A stretch of 64,000 nt of DNA from Gammaproteobacteria bacterium (GTDB taxonomy: Bacteria > Pseudomonadota > Gammaproteobacteria > Poriferisulfidales > Poriferisulfidaceae). The stretch is from the NCBI GenBank assembly GCA_026713705.1, contig JAPONY010000059.1:55670-119669 (forward strand), given 5' to 3'. Every line of letters starts with the position of its first letter. Position 1 is the stretch's first letter. Below, one piece after another: positions 38,442 to 47,711 of this stretch. Both the position numbers and the translations under genes were made by a program. The notes beneath the pieces are model-generated. The model was not told the DNA's origin. It saw nothing but the letters and a program-made list of their open reading frames with translations, and did no database searches.

Positions 38442-39370
38442 GCCGCGCACGGCAGCCTCCGGGCGGTGCGCAGCCGGGCCGAGCGGGCGCGCGGGTTGCG
38501 TTCGATCTCGGGCGGGGCGGGGCGAATCAACTCGAACGCCTCCAGCGTCGGCTCGAACGGAGGGGGCGGGCGGTGCCGGCCGACCGGCGGCGGCTGGCTG
38601 GCCGCGCGCAGGAAGCGCTTGACGATGCGATCCTCCAGCGAGTGGAAACTGATCACCGCAAGCCGCGCCTCGTCCGCGAGCAGCGTCACCACCTGACCCA
38701 GCAGGGTTTCCAGTTGTTCGAGTTCGCGGTTGACGAAGATCCGGATCGCCTGGAAGCTGCGCGTGGCCGGATGCAGGCGCGCCTCGGTCCTGGGCATGGC
38801 GCGTCCAATCAATTCCGCCAGGGGACGGGTGTGGGTCAGGGGAGTGTGTTGGCGGGTCTCGACGATGGCGCGGGCGATGCGCCGGGCGTAGCGCTCCTCA
38901 CCGAATTCGGACAGGACGCTGGAGATCTCGTCTTCCGCGGCCCGTGCGAGCCACTGCGCGGCGGTGCGTCCGTCACCGCCCATGCGCATGTCGAGCGGAC
39001 CGTCCTCGTGGAAGCTGAAGCCGCGTTCCGGAGAGTCGAGTTGTGCCGAGGAGACGCCGAGGTCCAGCAACAACCCGTCGACCTGGCGCTGCAGGCCGGC
39101 CTGGGCGAGGCGCTCGGGCAGGGTCGCGAACGCGTCCTGCACCACGGTCACCCTTGGATCGCCTCCGAACGTGCGTCGTGCATGGGCGCAGGCTCCGGGG
39201 TCTCGGTCCACAAGCCATAGCCGGCCACCAGGGCCGAGCCTTGAGAAGATTTCTCGGGCGTGTCCGCCGCGGCCGTAAGTGGCGTCGACGTATAGGCCGT
39301 CGGGACGGATGGCGAGTCGGACCAGGGTTTCGCGCAGAAGGACCGGTTCATGCGTCTGCCCTGCCGCCAT
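38438..39370 (-). CDS. rsmH: 16S rRNA (cytosine1402-N4)-methyltransferase RsmH (MraW)
   Basis: 310 aa. MAAGQTHEPVLLRETL...GLYVDATYGRGGHA. TAATG overlap with the mraZ stop. Confidence 0.9.
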   Translation of the reverse strand: MAAGQTHEPVLLRETLVRLAIRPDGLYVDATYGRGGHAREIFSRLGPGGRLWLVDRDPGACAHARRTFGGDPRVTVVQDAFATLPERLAQAGLQRQVDGLLLDLGVSSAQLDSPERGFSFHEDGPLDMRMGGDGRTAAQWLARAAEDEISSVLSEFGEERYARRIARAIVETRQHTPLTHTRPLAELIGRAMPRTEARLHPATRSFQAIRIFVNRELEQLETLLGQVVTLLADEARLAVISFHSLEDRIVKRFLRAASQPPPVGRHRPPPPFEPTLEAFELIRPAPPEIERNPRARSARLRTARRLPCAA

Positions 39371-39819
39371 TAGAGATCGAGGTTGGTCACGGTGTGGGCG
39401 AATTCCGGGTCGCCGAGGACCTGCGCCCAGTTCTCGTAGCGCTGCTCGTTGGCCTGTGCCGCCCACAGCACCAGCTTCTTGCTCTGGCCGATCAGTTCCG
39501 CGTCGCGCTCCAGCCCGGCGTAGCGGCGCAGGCTCGGCGCCAGCAGGAGCCGGCCCTGGCCGTCGAGCTGCCGTTCGTCGGCATGTCCGATGAGCATTTC
39601 CTGCAGCACGCGGTTGGCGGCGTTTCCACTCGGCAGCGCCTGCAGGCGCTGCTCCAGTTCTTCCCACGCCGGCAACGGGTAGATGGCCAGGCTGCGATCA
39701 TGGAACATGGTGGCGACCACGTGGCCGTCGCTCTGTTCGAGCAGGGGCTCCCTAAAGCGGGCGGGGACTGCGATGCGTCCCTTGTCGTCGACGGTCAGCA
39801 GACACGATCCTTTGAACAT
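39370..39819 (-). CDS. mraZ: Transcriptional regulator MraZ
   Basis: 149 aa from MFKGSCLLTVDDKGRIAVPARFRE (duplicated MraZ/SpoVT-AbrB fold). The track's upstream extension translates the operator repeats and is rejected. Confidence 0.9.
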   Translation of the reverse strand: MFKGSCLLTVDDKGRIAVPARFREPLLEQSDGHVVATMFHDRSLAIYPLPAWEELEQRLQALPSGNAANRVLQEMLIGHADERQLDGQGRLLLAPSLRRYAGLERDAELIGQSKKLVLWAAQANEQRYENWAQVLGDPEFAHTVTNLDL

Positions 39820-39838
39820 GGCCCCGGCCTCCCCCGAA

Positions 39839-39873
39839 GTGGAATGTCTTCCACTTATTTCCATTGATTTCCA
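39839..39873 (-). promoter_or_regulatory. Candidate MraZ operator: four direct TGGAA repeats (TTCCA on the plus strand) at exact 10-bp spacing just upstream of mraZ
   Basis: Plus-strand TTCCA at 39839, 39849, 39859 and 39869, plus an inverted GGAAT at 39831. The architecture parallels the E. coli MraZ-binding direct repeats (TGGGN x3, 10-bp period). Confidence 0.5.
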
Positions 39874-40096
39874 TTCTATTCCATTCTTGCACCACATGCA
39901 ACCATATCTTGAAAAAATAAAGAACTACAACGCAAATCTTTGTAATTTAGCATTTTTATCTATGCATTACCCGTCAATTCAGTGAAATATCCGAAGCGGA
40001 TACGCCCGAATTCAGGGCAGAATTTCCACCTCCGGGCCGTTCGGGGCCGGCGTGGAAAAGATTGCGGTTGGCGACCCAACTGCATGAAAAGGCTAG

Positions 40097-40439
40097 GGGT
40101 GGGGAAGCGGGCCTGTAAGCCGGGTTCTGTCGAGGACAGCCATTCATCTGGGCGGGACGTCGCCGTCCCGCTCTAGCGACCTACCCGGGAGCCAGGCAGG
40201 ACACCTGATCGCTCCCCTATTGGGTCTTGCTCCGGATGGGGTTTACCCTGCCACGTCTGTTGCCAGCCGCGCGGTGCGCTCTTACCGCACCTTTTCACCC
40301 TTACCGGACGAATCCGGCGGTATCTTTTCTGTGGCACTGGCCGTGGGCTTGCGCCCCCCAGGCGTTACCTGGCATCCTGTCCTGTGGAGCCCGGACTTTC
40401 CTCCGCACGAGGCGGCGGCTGCCCGGCCCGCTTCCCTGC
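40097..40439 (-). ncRNA. rnpB: RNase P RNA (M1 RNA, bacterial type A)
   Basis: The minus-strand sequence contains GGAGGAAAGUCCGGGCUCCACAGGACAGGAUGCCAGGUAACGCCUGGGGG (5' P4 region). It also contains GGUAAGGGUGAAAAGGUGCGGUAAGAGCGCACC and ACAGAACCCGGCUUA (3' P4). P1 pairing is GGGAAGCGGGCC with GGCCCGCUUCCCC. The ends are approximate to within about 5 nt. Confidence 0.9.
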
Positions 40440-40464
40440 TCATCATACTCCCTGCCGCGCCCGT

Positions 40465-41310
40465 TCAGCGTTTCAGCGCGAGCGCGCGGGCGTATGCCGC
40501 CTTGTGCGCCGCACCCAGGCAGTCCCGCGCCAAGGCGGCCGCCGTGCGCACCCCGAGCCCGGCCTCAAGCAACGGTTCGAGGAAGGCATCCAAATCCTGG
40601 TCCGGGACCCCGGCCTCCTCCCCCGCCCCCTCGACCACCACCACGAACTCGCCACGCTCGGGGATACGTTCCGGGTCCAGTTCCCCGACTGCCCCGCGCC
40701 AGGCCTCCTCGTGCCGCTTGGTCAGCTCGCGGACCCAAGCCACCTGCCGGTCCGGCTCCAACACCTCTTTAATATCCCCCGCCAGCGCCCGGATCCGATG
40801 CGGTGCCTCGTACACCGCCCAGGTCCGCGTCTCGCAAGCCAGTTCCGCGACCCGCCTGCGCCGCGCCACCGCACGCGCCGGCAGGAAGCCCTCGAACACG
40901 AAGCGCGCGGCGTCCAGCCCAGCGACCGACAACGCCGCCACCACGGCGCATGGCCCCGGCAACGGCACCACCGCGATCCCGGCCCGAAGCGCAGCCTCCA
41001 CCAGCCAGCGGCCCGGGTCGCTGACCAGGGGCGTCCCGGCATCCGACACCAAGGCCCCCGACGCTCCCGTCGTACGCAAAGACCGGACCAGGGCGGGAAC
41101 CGTCCGCGCCTCGTTCCCGCGGTGCAGGCTGCGAAGCCGCGCGCCCGCCCCCAGATGTGCCATCAGCTTGCGCGTCTGCCGGGTATCCTCCGCCGCGACC
41201 CACGTCACCGTGCGCAGCACCTCGGACGCCCGGGCACTCAGGTCGGCCAGGTTTCCGATCGGGGTCGCCACCACGTACAGGGTCGAAGGCTCGGCGTTCC
41301 AGTCTGGCAT
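40465..41310 (-). CDS. rsmI: 16S rRNA (cytidine1402-2'-O)-methyltransferase RsmI
   Basis: 281 aa from MPDWNAEPSTLYVVATPIGNLADLS (tetrapyrrole-methylase fold, RsmI signature). The track's longer ORF runs into rnpB. Confidence 0.85.
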   Translation of the reverse strand: MPDWNAEPSTLYVVATPIGNLADLSARASEVLRTVTWVAAEDTRQTRKLMAHLGAGARLRSLHRGNEARTVPALVRSLRTTGASGALVSDAGTPLVSDPGRWLVEAALRAGIAVVPLPGPCAVVAALSVAGLDAARFVFEGFLPARAVARRRRVAELACETRTWAVYEAPHRIRALAGDIKEVLEPDRQVAWVRELTKRHEEAWRGAVGELDPERIPERGEFVVVVEGAGEEAGVPDQDLDAFLEPLLEAGLGVRTAAALARDCLGAAHKAAYARALALKR

Positions 41311-41417
41311 GAAAGTTCCCGGTTCGGCGCCAGCAACGGCGCCGCGCATCATCATACTGGTTCCAATTTCGGATGCGGAACCCTGCCTATACAATAAGGT
41401 CTCTTTGTTTAGAGCCT

Positions 41418-43226
41418 ATGGTCTCGCGCTTTTCCCCCGCCTCGCTTCTGGTCGCCGTCTGGCTGGCTGGCTGCGCCGTCGCGCCGCCGCCCGAAGCCCC
41501 GTCCTGGGACGAGGTCCTGAACCTGCCGCCGGATCAGGCCTGGGCGCAGATGCACCACTGGCCCGAGGCTGAACGCCCGCTCAAGCAGTTCGAACTGATT
41601 CGCGAATGGGCGGACCTGGAACGCTGGGGCGCCGTCTCCGCCTGGCTGCCCGAACTCGATACCGCTACCCTTGATCCCGCGCAAAAAGACGCGCTGCGCC
41701 TGATCCAGGCGAAGGCCCTGCTGCACGGCGGCGAGGAACTCGCCGCGTTGACCGCCCTATCCACCCTACCCGAAGACGACGCGGTGCTCCGGCTTCGCGC
41801 CCGCGTCTACGACCAGTTCGGCGATCCCGAGAACGCCCTGCGCCTCCGCCTGCGCCTTGCCGCGCGCCCCGGCGGCGGCGAACGCGACGCACAGTACCGC
41901 GAGGCCTGGAACGTCCTGTTTGCGATGCCCCGCGCCCATCTCGAAACCTGGCGGGACCGCACCGGCGACGACACCTGGCGCGGCTGGTTGGAACTCGCAC
42001 TACTGGCCCGCGCCGACGGCACCCGCAGCGCTGCGCCGCTCGCCGACCTCGACGACTGGAAGCGCCGCCACGACGGACACCCGGCGTTCCGCTGGCTGCC
42101 GGCCATCGCCGAGGCGCTGGAGCGCCTGCACCCGGACCTGCGCAAGCTGGCCGCCCTGATCCCGGTCAGCGGCGATTTCGCGCCGATCGGCCGGGCCATC
42201 CGCCTCGGTATCGAGACCGGCATGCGCCGGCAGGGCGGAGACGCACCCGAGTTGCGCATCTACGATACCGGGGACCGCGCCCGGACCCCGACCGAGTTGT
42301 ACCAGCAGGCCGTCGCCGAGGGCGCGCAGCGCATCATCGGCCCGTTCGACAAGGACACGGTCACCCGCCTGGTGCGCACCCGGGACCTGCCGGTCGGCAC
42401 GGTCAGCCTCAACTACCTCGACCCGAACGCCCAATCCCCCGACAACCTCTACCAGTTCGGCCTGCTGCCGGAGGACGAAGCGATCCAGGCCGCCGAGCGA
42501 GCGCTTGAGGAAGGCCGCCGCGCCGCCGTCGTGTTCGCACCCGCCAGCGCCTGGGGCCAGCGCCTCGACCAGGCGTTCACCGAACACTTCGAGGCCGGCG
42601 GCGGGATCGTCCGCGGGCATGGCTTCTATTTCGCGAATGCCTCCGACCATGCCGCCAAGATCAAGGACATCCTGAAACTCTCCGAAGGCGAGCATCGCAA
42701 GCAGCAGCTCGAGGAAGTCCTCGGCCGGGAGGTGGCCTCCCGCCCGACCCGCCGCCAGGACATCGACATGGTGTTCCTGGCCTCCTCGCCGCGCAACGCC
42801 CGCCTGTTCAAGCCGCAGCTCGACTTCTATTACGCCGGCGACCTGCCCCTGTACGCCACCTCGCACATCTATACCGGCATCCCGAGCCCGCTGCAGGACC
42901 AGGATCTCGAGGGCGCCCTGTTCTGCGACATCCCGCTGGTGCTGGACGACCGGCTGCGCGATCAACTCGGCACCTCCCTGCACGCGCGCCAGTTGCCGCG
43001 CTTCGCCGCACTCGGCGCTGACGCCTACCTGCTGGCGATGAGCCTCGACTACCTGGAGAACTACTCCGATGCCGCGCTCGACGGCTGGACCGGCACGCTC
43101 TCCCTGCGCGAGGGACGCCGCGTATTCCGCACGCTCGCGTGGGCCCGCTTCACCGACGGCCGCCCCCTGCCCGCACCCCAGCTGGAGCACGGTGCCGGCC
43201 AGCCGTACTACCGTACCCAGGACTGA
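41418..43226 (+). CDS. lpoA: Penicillin-binding protein activator LpoA-like lipoprotein
   Basis: MVSRFSPASLLVAVWLAGCAV lipoprotein signal (lipobox LAGC). TPR-like N-terminal half and a periplasmic-binding-protein-like C-terminal half. It is divergent from rsmI as in E. coli yraL/yraM. The alternative start at 41373 is in the track. Confidence 0.7.
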   Translation: MVSRFSPASLLVAVWLAGCAVAPPPEAPSWDEVLNLPPDQAWAQMHHWPEAERPLKQFELIREWADLERWGAVSAWLPELDTATLDPAQKDALRLIQAKALLHGGEELAALTALSTLPEDDAVLRLRARVYDQFGDPENALRLRLRLAARPGGGERDAQYREAWNVLFAMPRAHLETWRDRTGDDTWRGWLELALLARADGTRSAAPLADLDDWKRRHDGHPAFRWLPAIAEALERLHPDLRKLAALIPVSGDFAPIGRAIRLGIETGMRRQGGDAPELRIYDTGDRARTPTELYQQAVAEGAQRIIGPFDKDTVTRLVRTRDLPVGTVSLNYLDPNAQSPDNLYQFGLLPEDEAIQAAERALEEGRRAAVVFAPASAWGQRLDQAFTEHFEAGGGIVRGHGFYFANASDHAAKIKDILKLSEGEHRKQQLEEVLGREVASRPTRRQDIDMVFLASSPRNARLFKPQLDFYYAGDLPLYATSHIYTGIPSPLQDQDLEGALFCDIPLVLDDRLRDQLGTSLHARQLPRFAALGADAYLLAMSLDYLENYSDAALDGWTGTLSLREGRRVFRTLAWARFTDGRPLPAPQLEHGAGQPYYRTQD

Positions 43227-43294
43227 ACGTCCCCGGATCGCCAGGCAGTCTCCGCATTTTGTAGAATGAGGGTCGGATTTCCGGAATTGCCGCC

Positions 43295-43927
43295 ATGCTG
43301 ACTGTTACCGAGGACATGCTGCTGCTCACGCTGCAAAGAGACCGCGGCCGCATTCCGGCCCACAGCAAAGTGACCCTGCGCCATGCCCTGACCGGCTCCG
43401 CCCTGCTCGACCTGGAACTGACCGGTCGCATCGACACGGACCTCGAACACCTGGAAGCGGTCGACACGACCCCCACCGGCAAGCCCTTCCTCGACCCTGT
43501 GCTGGAAGAGATCGCGAACAGCGACAAGACCCGCGACATCTGGGGCTGGCTGCAGACGCTGGCGCCCGAACAAGGCGACGAGATCCGGGAACGCACGCTC
43601 GCCAGCCTCGTCGAGCGCGACATCCTCCAGCACCAGCCGCGCGGCCTCTTCGGCCCGCGCTACCAGCGAACGGGCGAGGCGGGCGAGACCGATGCCCGGG
43701 AACGCATTGCCAGTACCCTGTTCTCCGAGGAGGACGAGATTCCCGATCCCCAGGACATCGCCCTGATCTGCATCGCCGACGCCTGCGACCTCTTGCACAC
43801 GCTGTTCCGGAAAAAGCAGTTGAAGCGCACCGCGACCCGCCTCCAGCAGTTGCGCAAGATGGACCTGGTCGGCGGCGGGACGGTGGCGCAACTCGCGCTG
43901 TGGAACCTGGAACACTCCGCCCTGTAA
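43295..43927 (+). CDS. Hypothetical protein, possibly GPP34/GOLPH3-like
   Basis: 210 aa. MLTVTEDMLLLTLQRDRGRI... resembles bacterial GPP34 family proteins. Assignment is by memory only. Confidence 0.45.
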   Translation: MLTVTEDMLLLTLQRDRGRIPAHSKVTLRHALTGSALLDLELTGRIDTDLEHLEAVDTTPTGKPFLDPVLEEIANSDKTRDIWGWLQTLAPEQGDEIRERTLASLVERDILQHQPRGLFGPRYQRTGEAGETDARERIASTLFSEEDEIPDPQDIALICIADACDLLHTLFRKKQLKRTATRLQQLRKMDLVGGGTVAQLALWNLEHSAL

Positions 43928-43952
43928 GCGATTTTTTGAAGGGGGGAATTTC

Positions 43953-44783
43953 GTGATAGAGTATTCAGCCGAACTCCCCGACCCAACGAATAGGAACATG
44001 GCCACAGCCCATCGCCAACGCTCCCGGTTACACCTGATTTCCCTTTGCGGCGCCTCAATCCTGTTTGGCGCCGGCCTGGCCGCGGCGGCAGACCTGTCGA
44101 CCCTGACCCGCCTCGCCGCCAACTCCACTGCCCAGCAGGCAAGCGCCCAGCGGCAGATCGACCAGCTCGACGAGGCCGCGCAGGACGCCTACGCCGAGTA
44201 CCGCGCGAAACTGATCGAACTGGAAGGCCTGCGCACCTACACCCGCCAGTTGCAGGCCCTGCTCGACGAACAGCAGGCACTCCTCGACGACCTCGGCGCG
44301 CGGATCCAGAAAACCGGTTCCATGGACCGCGAACTGATTCCCCTGATGGAGCGCATGCACGGCGCACTCGACACGCTCATCGAGCAGGACATGCCGTTCC
44401 TCGCGGCCGAGCGGCAGAAACGCCAGGCGCGCCTGCGCGGGATCCTGGACAACCCCGAGCTGTCGCTCGCCACCAAGTACCGAAGCCTGTACGAGGCCTA
44501 CCAGATCGAACTGGACTACGGGCGGACACTGGAAACCTACCCCGACACCCTGGAGGTCGACGGCAAGAGCCTGATGGCCACCATCCTGCGGGTCGGGCGG
44601 ATCGCACTGTACGCGATGTCCGCCGACCGCAACATCATCTATGAATGGGACAACCGCTCAAGGCAGTGGCAACTGACCGAAGGACTCCGCCATAATCTGG
44701 AGAAGGCGGTCCGCATGGCAAAGAAGCAGGTCGCACCGGACCTTTTGGTGCTTTCGGTGCAGGCTCCGGAGGACGCACCGTGA
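43953..44783 (+). CDS. DUF3450-like periplasmic coiled-coil protein associated with TonB systems (TtpB-like)
   Basis: GTG start with an AAGGGGGG SD. A signal-like hydrophobic segment and a coiled-coil. It is immediately upstream of, and GTGA-coupled to, the large ExbB/TolQ gene. Confidence 0.6.
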   Translation: MIEYSAELPDPTNRNMATAHRQRSRLHLISLCGASILFGAGLAAAADLSTLTRLAANSTAQQASAQRQIDQLDEAAQDAYAEYRAKLIELEGLRTYTRQLQALLDEQQALLDDLGARIQKTGSMDRELIPLMERMHGALDTLIEQDMPFLAAERQKRQARLRGILDNPELSLATKYRSLYEAYQIELDYGRTLETYPDTLEVDGKSLMATILRVGRIALYAMSADRNIIYEWDNRSRQWQLTEGLRHNLEKAVRMAKKQVAPDLLVLSVQAPEDAP

Positions 44784-46105
44784 TTCGGGCCGCTACCTTG
44801 GTCCTGGTGGCGATTGCCCACACGGCGGCGATCTCTGCGCCTCTCGATGACTTGCTCTCGCGCATGCGGGCCGACCAGGTGCAGGAGACCAACGAAATCC
44901 AGGAGCGCCTGGCGAAATTCCGGGCCACGGCCCAGGAGCGCGAGTCCATGCTCAAGGAGGTCGAGGGCCTGATCCGCCAGGAGGAGAAGCGCAGCCGCGA
45001 CATGGAGAAGCGCTTCGCCGCGGGCGAGAAGGAGCTGATCAGCCGACGCGATAAGCTTGACGCGCTGACCGTGCACTACAAGGAGGTCCTGGCCACCGCC
45101 AAGCTGTGGGCGGTCGACCTCAAGAGCCAGTTCCTGCAATCCCTGGTCAGCACCCAGATCCCCGACCGGATCGCGCCGCTCGATGTCATCGGCGACGACG
45201 AGCGCGCGACGACCGTCGCCGACATGGATCAACTGCTGTTCGCTGCCTTGGAAGAATTAAGCCAGCAAGGACGGGTGGTCCGCTTCGACACCCAGGTCAC
45301 CCAGCCCGACGGGACGCGCATCGATGCTTCGGTCGTTCGCGTCGGGGTGTTCACCGCCACCACCGAAGGGCGCTTCCTCAGCTTCACCGACGATGCCCGG
45401 GACATGGTCATCCTGCCGCGCCAGCCCCGAGCCTCGCTGCGCGGCGTCTCGAGCGACCTGCAGGAGACGACTGAAGGCCACGCGCGGGCCGTGGTCGATC
45501 CGTCACGCGGCGCCATCCTCTCACTGCTGGTGGACGCGCCGGACCTGCTGGAGCGGGTCGAGCAGGGCGGAGTGATCGGCTACCTCATCATTCTCATCGG
45601 GATCTTCGGCATCCTGTTCGCGATCGGCCGCAGCATCGTGCTGGTCGTGCACATGCGCCGGGTCCGCCTCCAGCAGAAAGACATCGACAACCCCAAGGCG
45701 AACAACGCGCTCGGGCGCATCGCCGAGGTCTACCACAAGAATGCGGACATGGATCCGGAGGCGCGCGAAGACCGGGTGCACGAGGCGATCAGCGAGGAGC
45801 TGCCGAGGCTCAACTGGGGGCTCAACATGCTGCGCGTGCTGGCCGCCGTCGCGCCCCTGCTCGGCCTGCTCGGCACCGTGACCGGCATGATCCAGACCTT
45901 CCAGGCGATCACCCTGTTCGGCACCGGCGACCCCCGCATGATGGCCGGCGGCATCAGCCAGGCCCTGGTTACCACCGCGCTCGGCCTCAGCGCCGCGATC
46001 CCGATCCTGCTGCTGCTCACCATGGCCCGCTCCTACAGTGTGCGGATCCGCCAGATCGTCGAGGAACAAAGTCTCGGGTTGGTCGCGCACGCCAAAGAAT
46101 TATGA
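44780..46105 (+). CDS. MotA/TolQ/ExbB family proton-channel protein with a long periplasmic N-terminal domain (TtpC-like)
   Basis: 441 aa. The C-terminal 3-transmembrane MotA/ExbB core is ...LGLLGTVTGMIQTFQAI... Confidence 0.8.
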   Translation: MIRAATLVLVAIAHTAAISAPLDDLLSRMRADQVQETNEIQERLAKFRATAQERESMLKEVEGLIRQEEKRSRDMEKRFAAGEKELISRRDKLDALTVHYKEVLATAKLWAVDLKSQFLQSLVSTQIPDRIAPLDVIGDDERATTVADMDQLLFAALEELSQQGRVVRFDTQVTQPDGTRIDASVVRVGVFTATTEGRFLSFTDDARDMVILPRQPRASLRGVSSDLQETTEGHARAVVDPSRGAILSLLVDAPDLLERVEQGGVIGYLIILIGIFGILFAIGRSIVLVVHMRRVRLQQKDIDNPKANNALGRIAEVYHKNADMDPEAREDRVHEAISEELPRLNWGLNMLRVLAAVAPLLGLLGTVTGMIQTFQAITLFGTGDPRMMAGGISQALVTTALGLSAAIPILLLLTMARSYSVRIRQIVEEQSLGLVAHAKEL

Positions 46106-46665
46106 TCCCGGCCTGGCTCACCGAGCACTACTCGAACGTCGAGACCCTTCTGTTCACCGGCGGCGACGTGCTGCTGATCCTGTTCGGCGTCGCTTTCCTG
46201 CTGTGGTGGTTCATCATCGAGCGGGTCTGGTTCTTCTTCGGCCCGAGTCGCCACCACCGCGATGCGAAGCGGCTGTCGGACAAACTGGAACTGGTCCTCG
46301 CCTGGGAAGCGCGCTGGAACATGCACAAGGCCCTGTGGCTGCGGAAGCGGTGGGTGTCCGAATCGCACATCCGCGCGAGCCACGGCATGATGGCCATCAA
46401 GGGGCTGGTCCAGATCTGCCCGCTGCTCGGCCTGCTCGGCACCATCACCGGCATGGTCGAGGTGTTCTCGACCATGTCGATCACCGGCAACAACAGTGCG
46501 CGCCTGCTGAGCGACGGCATCTCCCGCGCCACCTACCCGACGTTCGCCGGCCTGGTCATCGCCCTGTCCGGCTACTACTTCATCACGCTGTTCGAGCACC
46601 GCGCGCGCCGCGAGAGCGCGGCCCTGCGCGAACACCTGCTGCTGCCGGCCCACATGCGCAAGTAA
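46102..46665 (+). CDS. exbB: Biopolymer transport protein ExbB
   Basis: 187 aa. LLGLLGTITGMVEVFSTM is the MotA/TolQ/ExbB signature. Confidence 0.8.
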   Translation: MIPAWLTEHYSNVETLLFTGGDVLLILFGVAFLLWWFIIERVWFFFGPSRHHRDAKRLSDKLELVLAWEARWNMHKALWLRKRWVSESHIRASHGMMAIKGLVQICPLLGLLGTITGMVEVFSTMSITGNNSARLLSDGISRATYPTFAGLVIALSGYYFITLFEHRARRESAALREHLLLPAHMRK

Positions 46666-46677
46666 CCGCCCGCCGCC

Positions 46678-47088
46678 ATGAGAGTCATTCGCCGCAGCGA
46701 AGCCGAAGAGGACCAGGGGATGGACATCACCCCCCTGATCGACATCGTCTTCATCATGCTGATCTTCTTCATCGTGACCGCCTCCTTCGTCAAGGAGTCC
46801 GGGGTCGAGATCGATCGGCCGAAGGCGGACACCGCAGTCATGCAGAGCCAAGGCTCCATCCTGATCGGCATCACGGAGGCTGACGAGGTCTGGATCAACC
46901 ACCAGCCGGTGGACGTACGCTCCGTGCACGCCCACGTCATGCGCCTGCAGGCCGAGAATCCGCAGGGCGGCGTAGTCATCCAGGCCGACCGCGACTCCCG
47001 CAACGACATGCTGGTGCAAGTCATGGATCAGATCCGGCAGGCCGGGGTGGAGAAAATCGCCCTCGCGGCGAGCCCGGATCAGCAATGA
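46678..47088 (+). CDS. exbD: Biopolymer transport protein ExbD/TolR
   Basis: 136 aa. DITPLIDIVFIMLIFFIV is the ExbD signature. Confidence 0.85.
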   Translation: MRVIRRSEAEEDQGMDITPLIDIVFIMLIFFIVTASFVKESGVEIDRPKADTAVMQSQGSILIGITEADEVWINHQPVDVRSVHAHVMRLQAENPQGGVVIQADRDSRNDMLVQVMDQIRQAGVEKIALAASPDQQ

Positions 47089-47711
47089 CCCTTCGGGACG
47101 GGCTGCGTATTCCCCTGATCACGGCGGCCGCCGTCGGCGCGGTCTTCGCCCTGTTCACCCTGATGTACTCCCTGGTGGTGACCGACCTCGCCGGCCTGAA
47201 GGACGACACGGATTCGGTGCGCTTCGACTTCGTGCGCCTGCAGAAACGTGATCTCACCTCGCCTCAGCGCAAGCTGCCGCCGAAGACGCAGAAGCCGAAA
47301 AAGCCGAAGATGCCCGAAAGCCAGCAGGAAGCCGAGTCCCTCAACCCGGACGGCCTGAAGTTCTCCTCCAGTTCGGCCACCCCCTACCAGCTCGACCTGA
47401 TGACCGGCGGCGACCTGTCGAAGGGCTGGGCCGGCACCCGCGACCCCCTGCCGATCATGCGCGTCACCCCGGTCTACCCGTCCCGCGCAAGCCGCCGCGG
47501 CATCGAGGGCTGGGCCGAGGTCGCGTTCACCATCAACACCAACGGCGCCACCGAGGACGTCCGGGTGGTGGCCGAGGAACCGTCCGGCGTATTCGGCCGG
47601 GCCGCCATGAAGGCGGTGCGCAAGTGGAAGTACAAGCCGCAGATCATCGACGGCAAGGTGCAGCCTCGCCCCAACGTCCGCGTGATGCTCAAGTTCGAAC
47701 TCGACAAATGA
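47085..47711 (+). CDS. tonB: Energy transducer TonB
   Basis: 208 aa. N-terminal transmembrane helix, Pro/Lys-rich spacer, and the TonB C-terminal domain RVTPVYPSRASRRGIEGWAEVAFTINTNGATEDVRVV. Confidence 0.8.
   Translation: MTLRDGLRIPLITAAAVGAVFALFTLMYSLVVTDLAGLKDDTDSVRFDFVRLQKRDLTSPQRKLPPKTQKPKKPKMPESQQEAESLNPDGLKFSSSSATPYQLDLMTGGDLSKGWAGTRDPLPIMRVTPVYPSRASRRGIEGWAEVAFTINTNGATEDVRVVAEEPSGVFGRAAMKAVRKWKYKPQIIDGKVQPRPNVRVMLKFELDK

Noticed and set aside
39370-39897. 175-aa extended mraZ ORF
   Set aside because: The extension translates the TGGAA operator repeats (MWCKNGIEWKSMEI). MraZ starts at MFKGS.
39990-40096. Possible hairpin or terminator downstream of rnpB
   Set aside because: I could not find a clean stem plus U-tract, so I left it unannotated.
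40220-41572. Plus-strand 450-aa ORF and nested ORFs (40227..40772, 40384..41397)
   Set aside because: They lie over rnpB (minus strand) and antisense to rsmI. The sequence is Pro/Arg/Ala-rich and typical of GC-rich noise.
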